A stretch of DNA of 64,000 nucleotides from a virus. The translations under genes and the position numbers were made by a program. The stretch covers positions 14,137-78,136 of the IMG/VR virus record IMGVR_UViG_3300036770_007999; one strand, given 5' to 3'. The first letter of the stretch is position 1. Each line of letters starts with the position of its first letter. Shown here piece by piece: positions 49,059 to 57,555 of the stretch. Under the pieces are notes generated by a model that was not told where the DNA came from, ran no database searches, and was given only the letters and a program-made list of their open reading frames with translations.

Positions 49059-50713
49059 TACCAGAATCCTCCTTTGAGCAGATCGCCATTGGCATACTGT
49101 TTAAGGCTGAACTGGCGACTGACTTGTTCGCGGCTCTGCATGGGTTTCAAGATGAGACCGACGTCCAGTTTGGTTGGCACATAGGTGCTGTCTGCTGTGC
49201 CCAATACCGGCACCGGCGGTGGAAAGGGCTGTGCTCCTTTGGTGAGACCGGCAGCAGTGAGCCTGGCCCATACGCTTTCAAATATGTTGGTTGGCACGGC
49301 CTGCCGTTGCCGGCGCTGTAGCAGTCCTGGCGGTATGGTGTTTTTGCTGCGCGCCCGGATGTAGTCGATGTCTTGCGGCAAGTTGTAGTTGAACTGGGCC
49401 ACTACACAGGGATGCTGGTTGTATTGAAAATCTCCGTAACCGGACAAGTATACCAGGGGTGGTGGTGTGCCACGCTGAGGATCTTGACCGTAGAACATCT
49501 TGGTCACTGATTTGAAAAAATGTATCACGGCCAAGAGATATTCGGCTTCGGCTGTGTCCTGCGCAGTGAACGTGGCTTCGATCTGTATGTCGCCTACCTT
49601 GCTGCCTTGATAGAAGAAACCGCGATAGTTGCTGTGCGTGAGATTGTACTCGTTGTAGGTGGCTTCATATACCGTGGTGATGCGCGGAGTATAGGGAAAG
49701 ATCACGCCATTGGTACGCCGCAAAGGTGCCAGTATTCCAGATCCGGGCTGACCGGCTGAGTCAGGTGCGTTGTAGAGATAGTTGCTCTGTGGTGCCAGGC
49801 TCAAGCGCACACGCCAGTCTGTGTCGTTGTTCTGTTTGCGCTGGCTCTGTATGGCTGCCTGCTGTCGAGCATTGGCCAGAGTGGCTGCCTGGCGCGCCGC
49901 GGCCCGGCTGCCTTCCGCTGATGCTGTGAGGCTGGGGTCTACGAAATCGTCACCAACAAAAATTACATTGCCGTCACCATCCAGGGTGAATCCAGGATTG
50001 AGATTGCCGTCATCATCAAAGGCGGGACCATTGGGATCTACCTGTGGATCGTTAAAAACTGGAGCGGGTGCTGCAATTGCATCCGGATCAAACAGATCAT
50101 CCTCTTCGCCGAATCCTGTGATGCCGGGCACAGGCCCTGTGATACCGCTGCCTGTGTTGCCAGGTCCGGGAGCCACGGGTTGCGGAGACACCGTGGGTGG
50201 TGGTTCAAACGGATCATCTTCCTCGCCATAGGGACTGATGCCTTCGGCCGGTGGCACCGGCAGAGGAACACGTGGGGTGGGCTGGTCCGTGGGTGGCAGC
50301 GTTGTAACGTTGTCGTTGACCACAGGAGGAGCCACACCAGTGATATCAATGCGCAGCGCACCTGTGACAGGATCGCGCTCCGGATTTTCAGGTGGAGCAG
50401 CTACAGGCAGTGGTGCAGGGGCAGCAGCAGCAGGCACCTGAGGATTGGGTGGATTGTTCTGGGCAGCAGGTGTGGCCGTGCGCACCCTGGACTGCGGAGC
50501 AGGAACAGCAGGAACCTGTGGATTGGGCGGATTGTTCTGTGGTAAGGCTGAGCGGTTGACTCCCAACGCAACAGGTTCCAGTTGGCCATTGGCAAATCCG
50601 TAGGTAAACTCGTCGGGATTGGTGATACCAGCCACGGCCAGGGCCTGATCTTCTGTCAGTCCCTGCGCTATTGCTTCGTTGAAAAGTCTCGCTTGTTCTT
50701 GCCGTGACGCCAT
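49058..50713 (-). CDS. Tail-tube initiator/baseplate protein (gp48/gp54-like) with Pro-rich N-terminal extension
   Basis: GVIFPYTP..THSNY..FTAQ..EAEYLLAVIHFFKSVTKMFYG..GTPPPLVYLSGYG..PCVV. Confidence 0.65.
   Translation of the reverse strand: MASRQEQARLFNEAIAQGLTEDQALAVAGITNPDEFTYGFANGQLEPVALGVNRSALPQNNPPNPQVPAVPAPQSRVRTATPAAQNNPPNPQVPAAAAPAPLPVAAPPENPERDPVTGALRIDITGVAPPVVNDNVTTLPPTDQPTPRVPLPVPPAEGISPYGEEDDPFEPPPTVSPQPVAPGPGNTGSGITGPVPGITGFGEEDDLFDPDAIAAPAPVFNDPQVDPNGPAFDDDGNLNPGFTLDGDGNVIFVGDDFVDPSLTASAEGSRAAARQAATLANARQQAAIQSQRKQNNDTDWRVRLSLAPQSNYLYNAPDSAGQPGSGILAPLRRTNGVIFPYTPRITTVYEATYNEYNLTHSNYRGFFYQGSKVGDIQIEATFTAQDTAEAEYLLAVIHFFKSVTKMFYGQDPQRGTPPPLVYLSGYGDFQYNQHPCVVAQFNYNLPQDIDYIRARSKNTIPPGLLQRRQRQAVPTNIFESVWARLTAAGLTKGAQPFPPPVPVLGTADSTYVPTKLDVGLILKPMQSREQVSRQFSLKQYANGDLLKGGFW
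50430..50539. repeat. 32-bp direct repeat encoding QNNPPNPQVPA twice
   Basis: Copies at 50430-50461 and 50508-50539 with three synonymous mismatches. Confidence 0.85.
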
Positions 50714-50731
50714 CTTGGTTCCTTGATCCTT

Positions 50732-50737
50732 TATTTA
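50732..50737 (-). promoter_or_regulatory. gp55-type late promoter TAAATA heading the baseplate block
   Basis: GGTAAATA, then AAGGA, then ATG at 50713. Confidence 0.7.
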
Positions 50738-50775
50738 CCGTGGCCAAAAACAGCCCACATTAACCTCGGAAACAT

Positions 50776-50803
50776 TTGACATTTGTCCCAATCAATGTAT
50801 AAT
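50776..50803 (+). promoter_or_regulatory. Consensus sigma70 promoter for the gp55-gp47-gp46 operon
   Basis: TTGACA-N16-TATAAT; AGGAG at 50817-50821; TTG start at 50830. Confidence 0.8.
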
Positions 50804-50829
50804 AAGTACACTTCCTAGGAGAACTATCC

Positions 50830-51723
50830 TTGTCTTTAATACCAAAAACACCCGCCAAGGTCAACTATCTCAACAATAGAGACATACTCAAAGAAATACA
50901 TCTCAGCAAAAACACCTACTGCGCCTTCCTAGATCCGGTGCGCGATCACCAGTACGATATCATCCTGCCTTCTGTGTCAAAAATCAATCAGAAAACCGTG
51001 GCCGAAGCACGCCGAAACCGTGCTGCCCGTCTTTCTCGCGAAACCGGTGAGGACGTGAACGAAAAAAAGATACCCAACACTGATCTGGTGTTCAGGGTCA
51101 TGACATGGGAACACATACCCATGGCACCCAAAAAACAGCCCAAGGCCGCCGCCAAGAAAAAAAAGATCGAAGACATCTTGGGCTGGGATGAACTGCCCGC
51201 AGATGATCCTTTGGCGGATCTTGTAGATGAACCGGTGCTGGACCCGGTGCATGTGAGAGTGAACTTTCCTCCGTTCTATCACTATCGTATCACAGATCAT
51301 CGTGTGCCATACCTGGTGGGGAAAAGCCACTGGCTGGGTGATCTCGTCACAGGCGAATATAGCCGAGATCACGGCACCATGACACGCAAACTGGCCATGA
51401 TGTTCATGAAACTGTGTGAACGTTATGCCACACGTTCAAACTGGCGAGGATACTCCTACAACGAAGAGATGCGCGGTCAGGCCCTGTTGCAATTGAGCCA
51501 GATTGGCCTGCAGTTCGACGAGTCCAAGAGCCAAAATCCATTTGCCTACTACACCGCAGCCATCACTAACTCGTTCACGCGCATACTGAACATAGAGAAA
51601 AAGAATCACAACATCCGAGATGACATCCTGGAGATGAACGGACTCAATCCTTCCTGGAGCCGGCAGTATTCACAAAGCGACTCCATGATGTCCGGACCGG
51701 TCGTGAACATCACAGAAGACTAG
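50830..51723 (+). CDS. gp55: Late-transcription sigma factor, T4 gp55-like
   Basis: NYLNN at the N-terminus; NWRGYSYNEEM..FDESKSQNPFAYYT..NSFTRILNIEKK; upstream of gp47/gp46 as in T4-like phages. Confidence 0.85.
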   Translation: MSLIPKTPAKVNYLNNRDILKEIHLSKNTYCAFLDPVRDHQYDIILPSVSKINQKTVAEARRNRAARLSRETGEDVNEKKIPNTDLVFRVMTWEHIPMAPKKQPKAAAKKKKIEDILGWDELPADDPLADLVDEPVLDPVHVRVNFPPFYHYRITDHRVPYLVGKSHWLGDLVTGEYSRDHGTMTRKLAMMFMKLCERYATRSNWRGYSYNEEMRGQALLQLSQIGLQFDESKSQNPFAYYTAAITNSFTRILNIEKKNHNIRDDILEMNGLNPSWSRQYSQSDSMMSGPVVNITED

Positions 51724-51735
51724 TATACTGAATCA

Positions 51736-52752
51736 ATGACCAATCTATTCCGCAAGGCAGCGGTATTCACTGACATCCATTTTGGACTAAAATCAAACAG
51801 TCTGCTACACAATCAGGACTGTGAACGCTTTGTGGATTGGTTTATCGCCACAGCCCGACAGCAGGGTTGTGAGACCGGCATGTTCCTGGGCGACTGGAGC
51901 CATCATCGAGCATCTATCAACATGCAGACCTTGCAGTACAGCCTGCGAGCCCTAGAAAAACTAAGTGCAGCGTTTGATCGATTCTACTTTATTCCTGGTA
52001 ATCACGATCTCTACTATCGTGATCGACGTGATATCTATTCAACCGAATGGGCCCGGCATATACCCAACATTGTGATCGTGAACGATTGGTTCCAGGAAGG
52101 CGATGTGATCATAGCGCCCTGGTTAGTAGGAGATGATCACAAGAAAATTTCTAAGATGAGCAGCAAGTACATGTTTGGACACTTTGAGCTTCCGCACTTC
52201 AAGATGAACGCCATGGTAGAAATGCCCGATCACGGCGAGATCCAAGTGGAACACTTTGGTCAATATGACAAGGTCTTTAGCGGCCATTTCCATCTACGTC
52301 AACAAAAGAACAATATCAACTATATCGGCAATGCTTTCCCGCATAACTTTGCCGATGCTGGCGATGACCAGCGCGGCTGCATGATCTTGGAATGGAGCAA
52401 GGAACCTAAATACCATGCTTGGCCAGATCAGCCATTATACAATGTATGGGATCTCAGTCATGTAATCGACAATGCTAACACTATTTTACGACCCAACATG
52501 CATGTGCGTGTGCAGCTCGACATCGAGATTAGTTATGAAGAGGCCAACTACATTAAGGAAACATTTATCAGAAAGTATGATCTTCGAGAAATGGCCTTGA
52601 TCCCTAATAAGAGATCAGTTCTAGAAGAAGACATGGCCCCTGGAGATGTCAAATTCGAGTCAGTAGACCAGATCGTAATAGATCAGATTACCAAAATCGA
52701 ATCTGAATTTTATGACTCCAAATTATTATTACAAATATACCAGACCTTGTGA
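51736..52752 (+). CDS. gp47: Recombination nuclease subunit, gp47 (Mre11/SbcD-like)
   Basis: TDIHFG, LGD, GNHD, GHFE, SGHFH metallophosphoesterase motifs. Confidence 0.92.
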   Translation: MTNLFRKAAVFTDIHFGLKSNSLLHNQDCERFVDWFIATARQQGCETGMFLGDWSHHRASINMQTLQYSLRALEKLSAAFDRFYFIPGNHDLYYRDRRDIYSTEWARHIPNIVIVNDWFQEGDVIIAPWLVGDDHKKISKMSSKYMFGHFELPHFKMNAMVEMPDHGEIQVEHFGQYDKVFSGHFHLRQQKNNINYIGNAFPHNFADAGDDQRGCMILEWSKEPKYHAWPDQPLYNVWDLSHVIDNANTILRPNMHVRVQLDIEISYEEANYIKETFIRKYDLREMALIPNKRSVLEEDMAPGDVKFESVDQIVIDQITKIESEFYDSKLLLQIYQTL

Positions 52753-53810
52753 TCAAAATCAATAGCCATACTGGATTCCAGCCTCTGCAAACTTGTCTTG
52801 TTGGTCAGTGCTATCCGCCGGAATTTTTTTCTTTTATAAAAAATAGCCGTATAAGAAATATATTTGAACGTATCGCAATTGAAACAGAGGAAGACTATCA
52901 GAAACTCATTAACATACTAAACTTGTACCAAGTCAAATGCTTTCGTCCCAAATTACACGATGATTGGGGCATGTATCTTTATTCTGACGAAAACGGTGTT
53001 GAAAAATATATCAAACCGCCCATGCAACCAAGGGATGATATGATAGCCATCGGAAATAAACTTTTTGTAGCACATCTAAGATATGGAGAAGGATATATCG
53101 ATCCCTGGGACTGGGTCATTGATCAGATTGATCCTTCGCAGTTATTTGATTTCAGAGATGATGTGGATGTGTGGCAGAAAGTCTCGCCGCCGTGTATAAC
53201 CAGAGTAGGGCAGGATCTTTATTTTGATTTTTATAGTCACGATATCAATTATCATAAAAATCATTATTTCGATCTGCTGCAAACCCGTATAATTCCAGAA
53301 CACTTTTTGGATTATCGCATACATTACGTTGACAAAGGCGGTCATAGTGATGCAGTTTTTTCTCCGGTTGTGCCAGGATTGCTAGTAACTTTTGAGCCCG
53401 AGCATCTATACAAAAAAACTTTCCCAGGATGGGAAGTCATCAGAGTAGACCGCAAAGAGTTAGAGTCCAATGACATGGCGTTAAAAGCACTGAAATCGAC
53501 TGACGGCGCTTGGTGGATTCCTGGATATGAATTTGATCACGATTTAGTAGAATTCGTTGCAAGCAACTTTAAAGGATGGGTCGGTTATGCGATCGAAACT
53601 TATTTTGATGTAAATCTTTTGATGATCAACGAAAAAACCGCTATAATCAATTCTGGTAATGAAAAAATTGTTTCTGCACTAGAGGCTCGGGGCATCAAGG
53701 CACATGAATGTGCGTTCCGTCATCGATATTTCTGGGACTGCGGTCTACACTGTGCCACTTTAGATTTGTTTCGGCAAGGCGAACGACTAGATTATTTTAT
53801 TAAAAAATAA
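52749..53810 (+). CDS. Amidinotransferase (glycine/inosamine-phosphate amidinotransferase, pentein fold)
   Basis: PLQTCLVG, QPRDD, GGHSDAVF, FDVN, RHRYFWDCGLHCATLD. Confidence 0.82.
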   Translation: MIKINSHTGFQPLQTCLVGQCYPPEFFSFIKNSRIRNIFERIAIETEEDYQKLINILNLYQVKCFRPKLHDDWGMYLYSDENGVEKYIKPPMQPRDDMIAIGNKLFVAHLRYGEGYIDPWDWVIDQIDPSQLFDFRDDVDVWQKVSPPCITRVGQDLYFDFYSHDINYHKNHYFDLLQTRIIPEHFLDYRIHYVDKGGHSDAVFSPVVPGLLVTFEPEHLYKKTFPGWEVIRVDRKELESNDMALKALKSTDGAWWIPGYEFDHDLVEFVASNFKGWVGYAIETYFDVNLLMINEKTAIINSGNEKIVSALEARGIKAHECAFRHRYFWDCGLHCATLDLFRQGERLDYFIKK

Positions 53811-53815
53811 CGTAA

Positions 53816-54529
53816 ATGTTTCGCAATCATACCCCTTCTCTTGAATCAAGAAATTTCATCGATGGTGTTGATTTTACACGCGATGATCCCTGCATATTTG
53901 TAGTGTACCCAGCTGGCGCTGCCGGAGATCTACTAATATCAATCATCGACAAGCATTATCTGCGGACCGGTTGCGAATATTATGGAATATCCGACTCGGG
54001 CCGAGTGATGATCTATACCACAGATTACGAAGCAATAGATATAGAACTCGAACACACCGGACAGGTAACATTCGATCAACAATGGTTTTATGATTTAGCA
54101 GAAAAACTTGGACAAAGAAATCTCAATTACTCATTACTGGATCAAGTAATGTTTGGATGTCATTTACATAAAGAAGAACAGATAAAACAAATACTTGATA
54201 ATTTTAGTCAAGCAAAAATAATAAACATCCATCCGAAAGACGCGGCAGGGCAGGATCTGATCAACGAGTTGCGATCAATTAAGTTAGAAACTAAACTTGA
54301 TCAAAATCAAGAATTTTCTTCTACTGTGTTTCATCATGAAAGAGTTCTAAACATTCCATTTGGATGCTTATTTGACAAACCGTCTTATTCAATGTACTAT
54401 CACAAGATATTAGAGTTCCTAAAACTTGGACAGCGACAATTGATATCTTTCGACTACATCGACTTTTATCTTTCTAAACAAGACAAATCTATTGTATTGC
54501 GGTTGACGGAATACAGCAAACATCTATGA
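53816..54529 (+). CDS. Hypothetical protein (N-terminal YPAGAAGD loop, possibly sulfotransferase-like)
   Basis: 237-aa AT-rich ORF; ATGA overlap with gp46. Confidence 0.55.
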   Translation: MFRNHTPSLESRNFIDGVDFTRDDPCIFVVYPAGAAGDLLISIIDKHYLRTGCEYYGISDSGRVMIYTTDYEAIDIELEHTGQVTFDQQWFYDLAEKLGQRNLNYSLLDQVMFGCHLHKEEQIKQILDNFSQAKIINIHPKDAAGQDLINELRSIKLETKLDQNQEFSSTVFHHERVLNIPFGCLFDKPSYSMYYHKILEFLKLGQRQLISFDYIDFYLSKQDKSIVLRLTEYSKHL

Positions 54530-56289
54530 TTCATATCCGAGACCTCACGGTTAAAAACTTCATGAGTGTTGGGAACGCCACACAAGCCATCAATTTTGAC
54601 CGGCAAGATCTTACCCTTGTATTAGGAGAAAACCTAGACTTAGGCGGTGACGGAAGTCGAAATGGTACAGGAAAGACCACTATCATCAACGCGCTGAGTT
54701 ATGCTCTGTATGGTCAGGCTCTCACCAACATCCGACGAGACAATCTGATCAACAAAACCAATGGCAAGAACATGTTGGTCAGCCTTGATTTCAGTGTTAA
54801 CGGACAAAATTATCGGGTAGAGCGCGGCCGTAAGCCCAATGTGCTACGTCTATATGTCAATTCGGAAGAAAAACAGGCCACCGACGACGCACAAGGCGAT
54901 TCAAGAGAAACCCAGGATGCCATAGAATCCGCCCTGGGTATGACTCATGACATGTTCCGACATGTGTTAGCCTTGAATACTTACACCGAACCATTCCTGA
55001 GTCTCAAGTCCAATGACCAACGCACTATCATCGAGCAACTGCTGGGCATCACTCTCCTTAGCGAACGTGCTGAACGGATCAAAGAACTGAATCGCGCCAC
55101 CAAAGATGCGATCTCGCAGGAAGAAATGCGTATCCGGGCTGTGCAAGAAGCAAACAAAAGGATCGAAGAGCAGATCACTAGCCTGGAGAAACGACGAGAT
55201 CTCTGGATGAAAAAACAAGCCGAAGATTGTGCGCATTTCGAAACTGCCATTCGGGCTTTGGAACACATCGACATCGATGCCGAAGTACAGGCACACAGAG
55301 ATCTTGAAGCATATCACTTGAAGAAAAAACAGATCGACGAACATCAAAAGTGGATACGTCAGATCGAGCAAGATGATTCAAAATTGGCCAAAGACAGCGC
55401 CAAACTCCAGCGCGACATTGATGCCTTGCGAGATCATAGATGCCATGCCTGTGGACAAGAACTGCACGATTCAAAACAAGACGAGATCTTGGTTGAAAAA
55501 CAAAAGAATCTGCAAGAGATTGCCCTGCAATTACTCAGCAACGAAACACAGCGGATCGAGCACCGTAATGAGATAGAAGACCTTGGGGAGTTGGGTGTTG
55601 CTCCCACGGTGTTCTATGATGATCTGGAACAGGCTCTCAATCACAAGAACAGCCTAGATGGATTGAAGAAGGATCTCGCCAACAGATCTGCTGAAACTGA
55701 TCCTTACACCGAACAGATTGATGACATGCGAGGACAGGCCCTGCAAGAAGTCACATACGACACTGTGAACGAACTTACCAGATTGTTCGAGCATCAAGAC
55801 TTCTTGTTAAAACTACTCACCAACAAAGACAGTTTCGTGCGCAAGAAGATCATCGAACAGAACTTGAGTTATCTCAATCAACGTCTCACACACTATCTCG
55901 ATCGCATCGGGCTGCCGCATCAAGTGATCTTCCAGAACGATCTCACGGTAGAGATCACAGAACTGGGCAGAGATCTAGATTTTGATAATCTCTCTAGAGG
56001 TGAGCGCAATCGCCTGATCCTTTCGATGTCGTGGGCCTTCCGCGATGTTTGGGAGAGTTTGTATCATCCTATCAATGTGTTGTTCATTGACGAACTTGTT
56101 GATTCGGGCATGGACACACAGGGCGTGGAAAACAGTCTTGCGCTGTTGAAAAAGATGAGCCGTGATCGCAACAAATCGATCTGGCTGGTGAGCCACAGAG
56201 ACGAGTTGGCTGGGCGTGTAGAAAATATTTTGCGAGTGGTAAAAGAAAATGGATTCACTTCTTATAATTCTGACATCGATTTGTCATAA
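54526..56289 (+). CDS. gp46: Recombination ATPase, gp46 (Rad50/SbcC-like)
   Basis: KNFMSVG; NGTGKT Walker A; CHAC zinc hook; LSRGE signature; LFIDE; LVSH. Confidence 0.95.
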   Translation: MIHIRDLTVKNFMSVGNATQAINFDRQDLTLVLGENLDLGGDGSRNGTGKTTIINALSYALYGQALTNIRRDNLINKTNGKNMLVSLDFSVNGQNYRVERGRKPNVLRLYVNSEEKQATDDAQGDSRETQDAIESALGMTHDMFRHVLALNTYTEPFLSLKSNDQRTIIEQLLGITLLSERAERIKELNRATKDAISQEEMRIRAVQEANKRIEEQITSLEKRRDLWMKKQAEDCAHFETAIRALEHIDIDAEVQAHRDLEAYHLKKKQIDEHQKWIRQIEQDDSKLAKDSAKLQRDIDALRDHRCHACGQELHDSKQDEILVEKQKNLQEIALQLLSNETQRIEHRNEIEDLGELGVAPTVFYDDLEQALNHKNSLDGLKKDLANRSAETDPYTEQIDDMRGQALQEVTYDTVNELTRLFEHQDFLLKLLTNKDSFVRKKIIEQNLSYLNQRLTHYLDRIGLPHQVIFQNDLTVEITELGRDLDFDNLSRGERNRLILSMSWAFRDVWESLYHPINVLFIDELVDSGMDTQGVENSLALLKKMSRDRNKSIWLVSHRDELAGRVENILRVVKENGFTSYNSDIDLS

Positions 56290-56299
56290 ATTAAAATGA

Positions 56300-56740
56300 A
56301 TGACATGGCTCTACGAATCACAAGAAATCACAGAAATACCTCAAGAGTATGCCGGGTTTGTGTATCTCATAACCAATACACAGACTGGCAGGAAATATAT
56401 TGGCAAAAAATTATCAAAGTTTAGCAAGACGACATACCGGACAGAGAAACTCAAGAACGGCAAGAAACGACGTAAAAAAATCAGAGGCAAGATCGAGTCA
56501 GACTGGCAGACCTACTACGGTTCGTCGCCAGAACTCACCAGAGACGTAGAATCACTAGGCACAGAAAATTTCACACGCGAGATATTGTATTACTGTAAGA
56601 GCAAGGCTGAATGCAGTTATATAGAGGCTCGAGAACAATTCGCCCGTAGGGTACTTGAATCAGACGAATACTACAATGGTCACATACAGATTCGGGTACA
56701 TGGCTCACACATCAAAGGCAAACTAGGCTCAAACGGCTAG
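56300..56740 (+). CDS. Stand-alone GIY-YIG nuclease domain protein
   Basis: GFVYLITN..KYIGKK, YYGSS, REIL..E, YYN; basic insert KNGKKRRKKIRGK; no C-terminal DNA-binding domain. Confidence 0.8.
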   Translation: MTWLYESQEITEIPQEYAGFVYLITNTQTGRKYIGKKLSKFSKTTYRTEKLKNGKKRRKKIRGKIESDWQTYYGSSPELTRDVESLGTENFTREILYYCKSKAECSYIEAREQFARRVLESDEYYNGHIQIRVHGSHIKGKLGSNG

Positions 56741-57222
56741 CACCGGCCAAAATCGGGTGTCCTAGACCTGGATCTCGGATCACAGGGATGGAAGCCTCGC
56801 CGCGCCAGCGAGCACTCAACCACTACCCGCAAGGATGACGACGTCTCTAAGACCTGACGTTTGGTTGTTGGAAAAGGACGAAAGGCAAAATGAGGGGAGA
56901 GAAACCCCACGGCTACTGTTGTGATAGCGTATGACAGTAGACCCGCCGTTGTGATAAGACGGAGCGAGCAGGTACCGGACAACCGCCTGTAATCGCACAA
57001 AAAAATGTGTGACTAACCAGATAATTTGGCGTGATTCGTATAGTTTTTTGTGTGAATAGTTCTAACGCTGTGTGACTGCGCCACTCGGATGATGCAGATC
57101 TTGGCCCGGCCACGGGCTAAGTGTGACCACTTGATCTGGATGATACTGCATACTCGCTTCGCTCGTTTGATTCAATCCATCGATGAACGGAGTGAAATCG
57201 ATAGACTTGCGCAGCAAGTCTC
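56741..57222 (+). ncRNA. Putative large structured non-coding RNA/element (~480 nt)
   Basis: Only large gap in the window; more than 10 adjacent hairpins, several needing G-U pairs on the + strand; twin GTGTGAC-N10-GGATGAT motifs. Confidence 0.6.
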
Positions 57223-57555
57223 TTAGAACTGATCGGGCCAATCTCTCCAAAGTGCGTGTTGAATGTTTCCTGCAACAAACCGATTGAAACTTTTGTGTTT
57301 CTCTTCGAGTTCGCCTTCCAATGGAGCGACGCGACGGAATGCCTGATCCATCTGTGCCATGTCACGGAACTCCATAATAATAAGCCATTCTGGCATGTCT
57401 GCGATGCTGCGGAACCCCATCTTGCAGCGAGTGATTCTGTAGGTCTCCATCTTGCCCTCTGCTATCAAATGGTCAAAAAAGCCTTTCATGCCAGTGACCC
57501 ATTCTAGATCTGTGATGTCACCTTCTTTGTCCGCCCAAATAGTGTAGAGATCCAT
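57223..57555 (-). CDS. Small alpha/beta protein (DUF6614-like by recollection)
   Basis: YTIWAD..GKMETYRITRCKMGF..EWLIIMEF..ALWRDWPD. Confidence 0.55.
   Translation of the reverse strand: MDLYTIWADKEGDITDLEWVTGMKGFFDHLIAEGKMETYRITRCKMGFRSIADMPEWLIIMEFRDMAQMDQAFRRVAPLEGELEEKHKSFNRFVAGNIQHALWRDWPDQF

Noticed and set aside
25394-50545. Many plus-strand ORFs of 60-300 aa opposite the structural genes (e.g. 29387-30286, 41017-41757, 45276-46007, 47766-48479)
   Set aside because: Antisense shadows of long codon-biased genes, with no motifs or expression signals.
57007-57146. CRISPR mini-array
   Set aside because: Repeats are 7 nt, inserts 10 nt, there are only 2-3 units, and no cas genes are present.
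56290-57222. Group I or II intron carrying a GIY-YIG homing endonuclease
   Set aside because: gp46 ends intact, there is no downstream exon on the + strand, and no P7 core or domain V consensus was recognised.
56737-57365. Short minus-strand ORFs (60-87 aa) across the structured region
   Set aside because: They overlap each other, have no RBS or motif, and have atypical composition; RNA-style pairing explains the region better.
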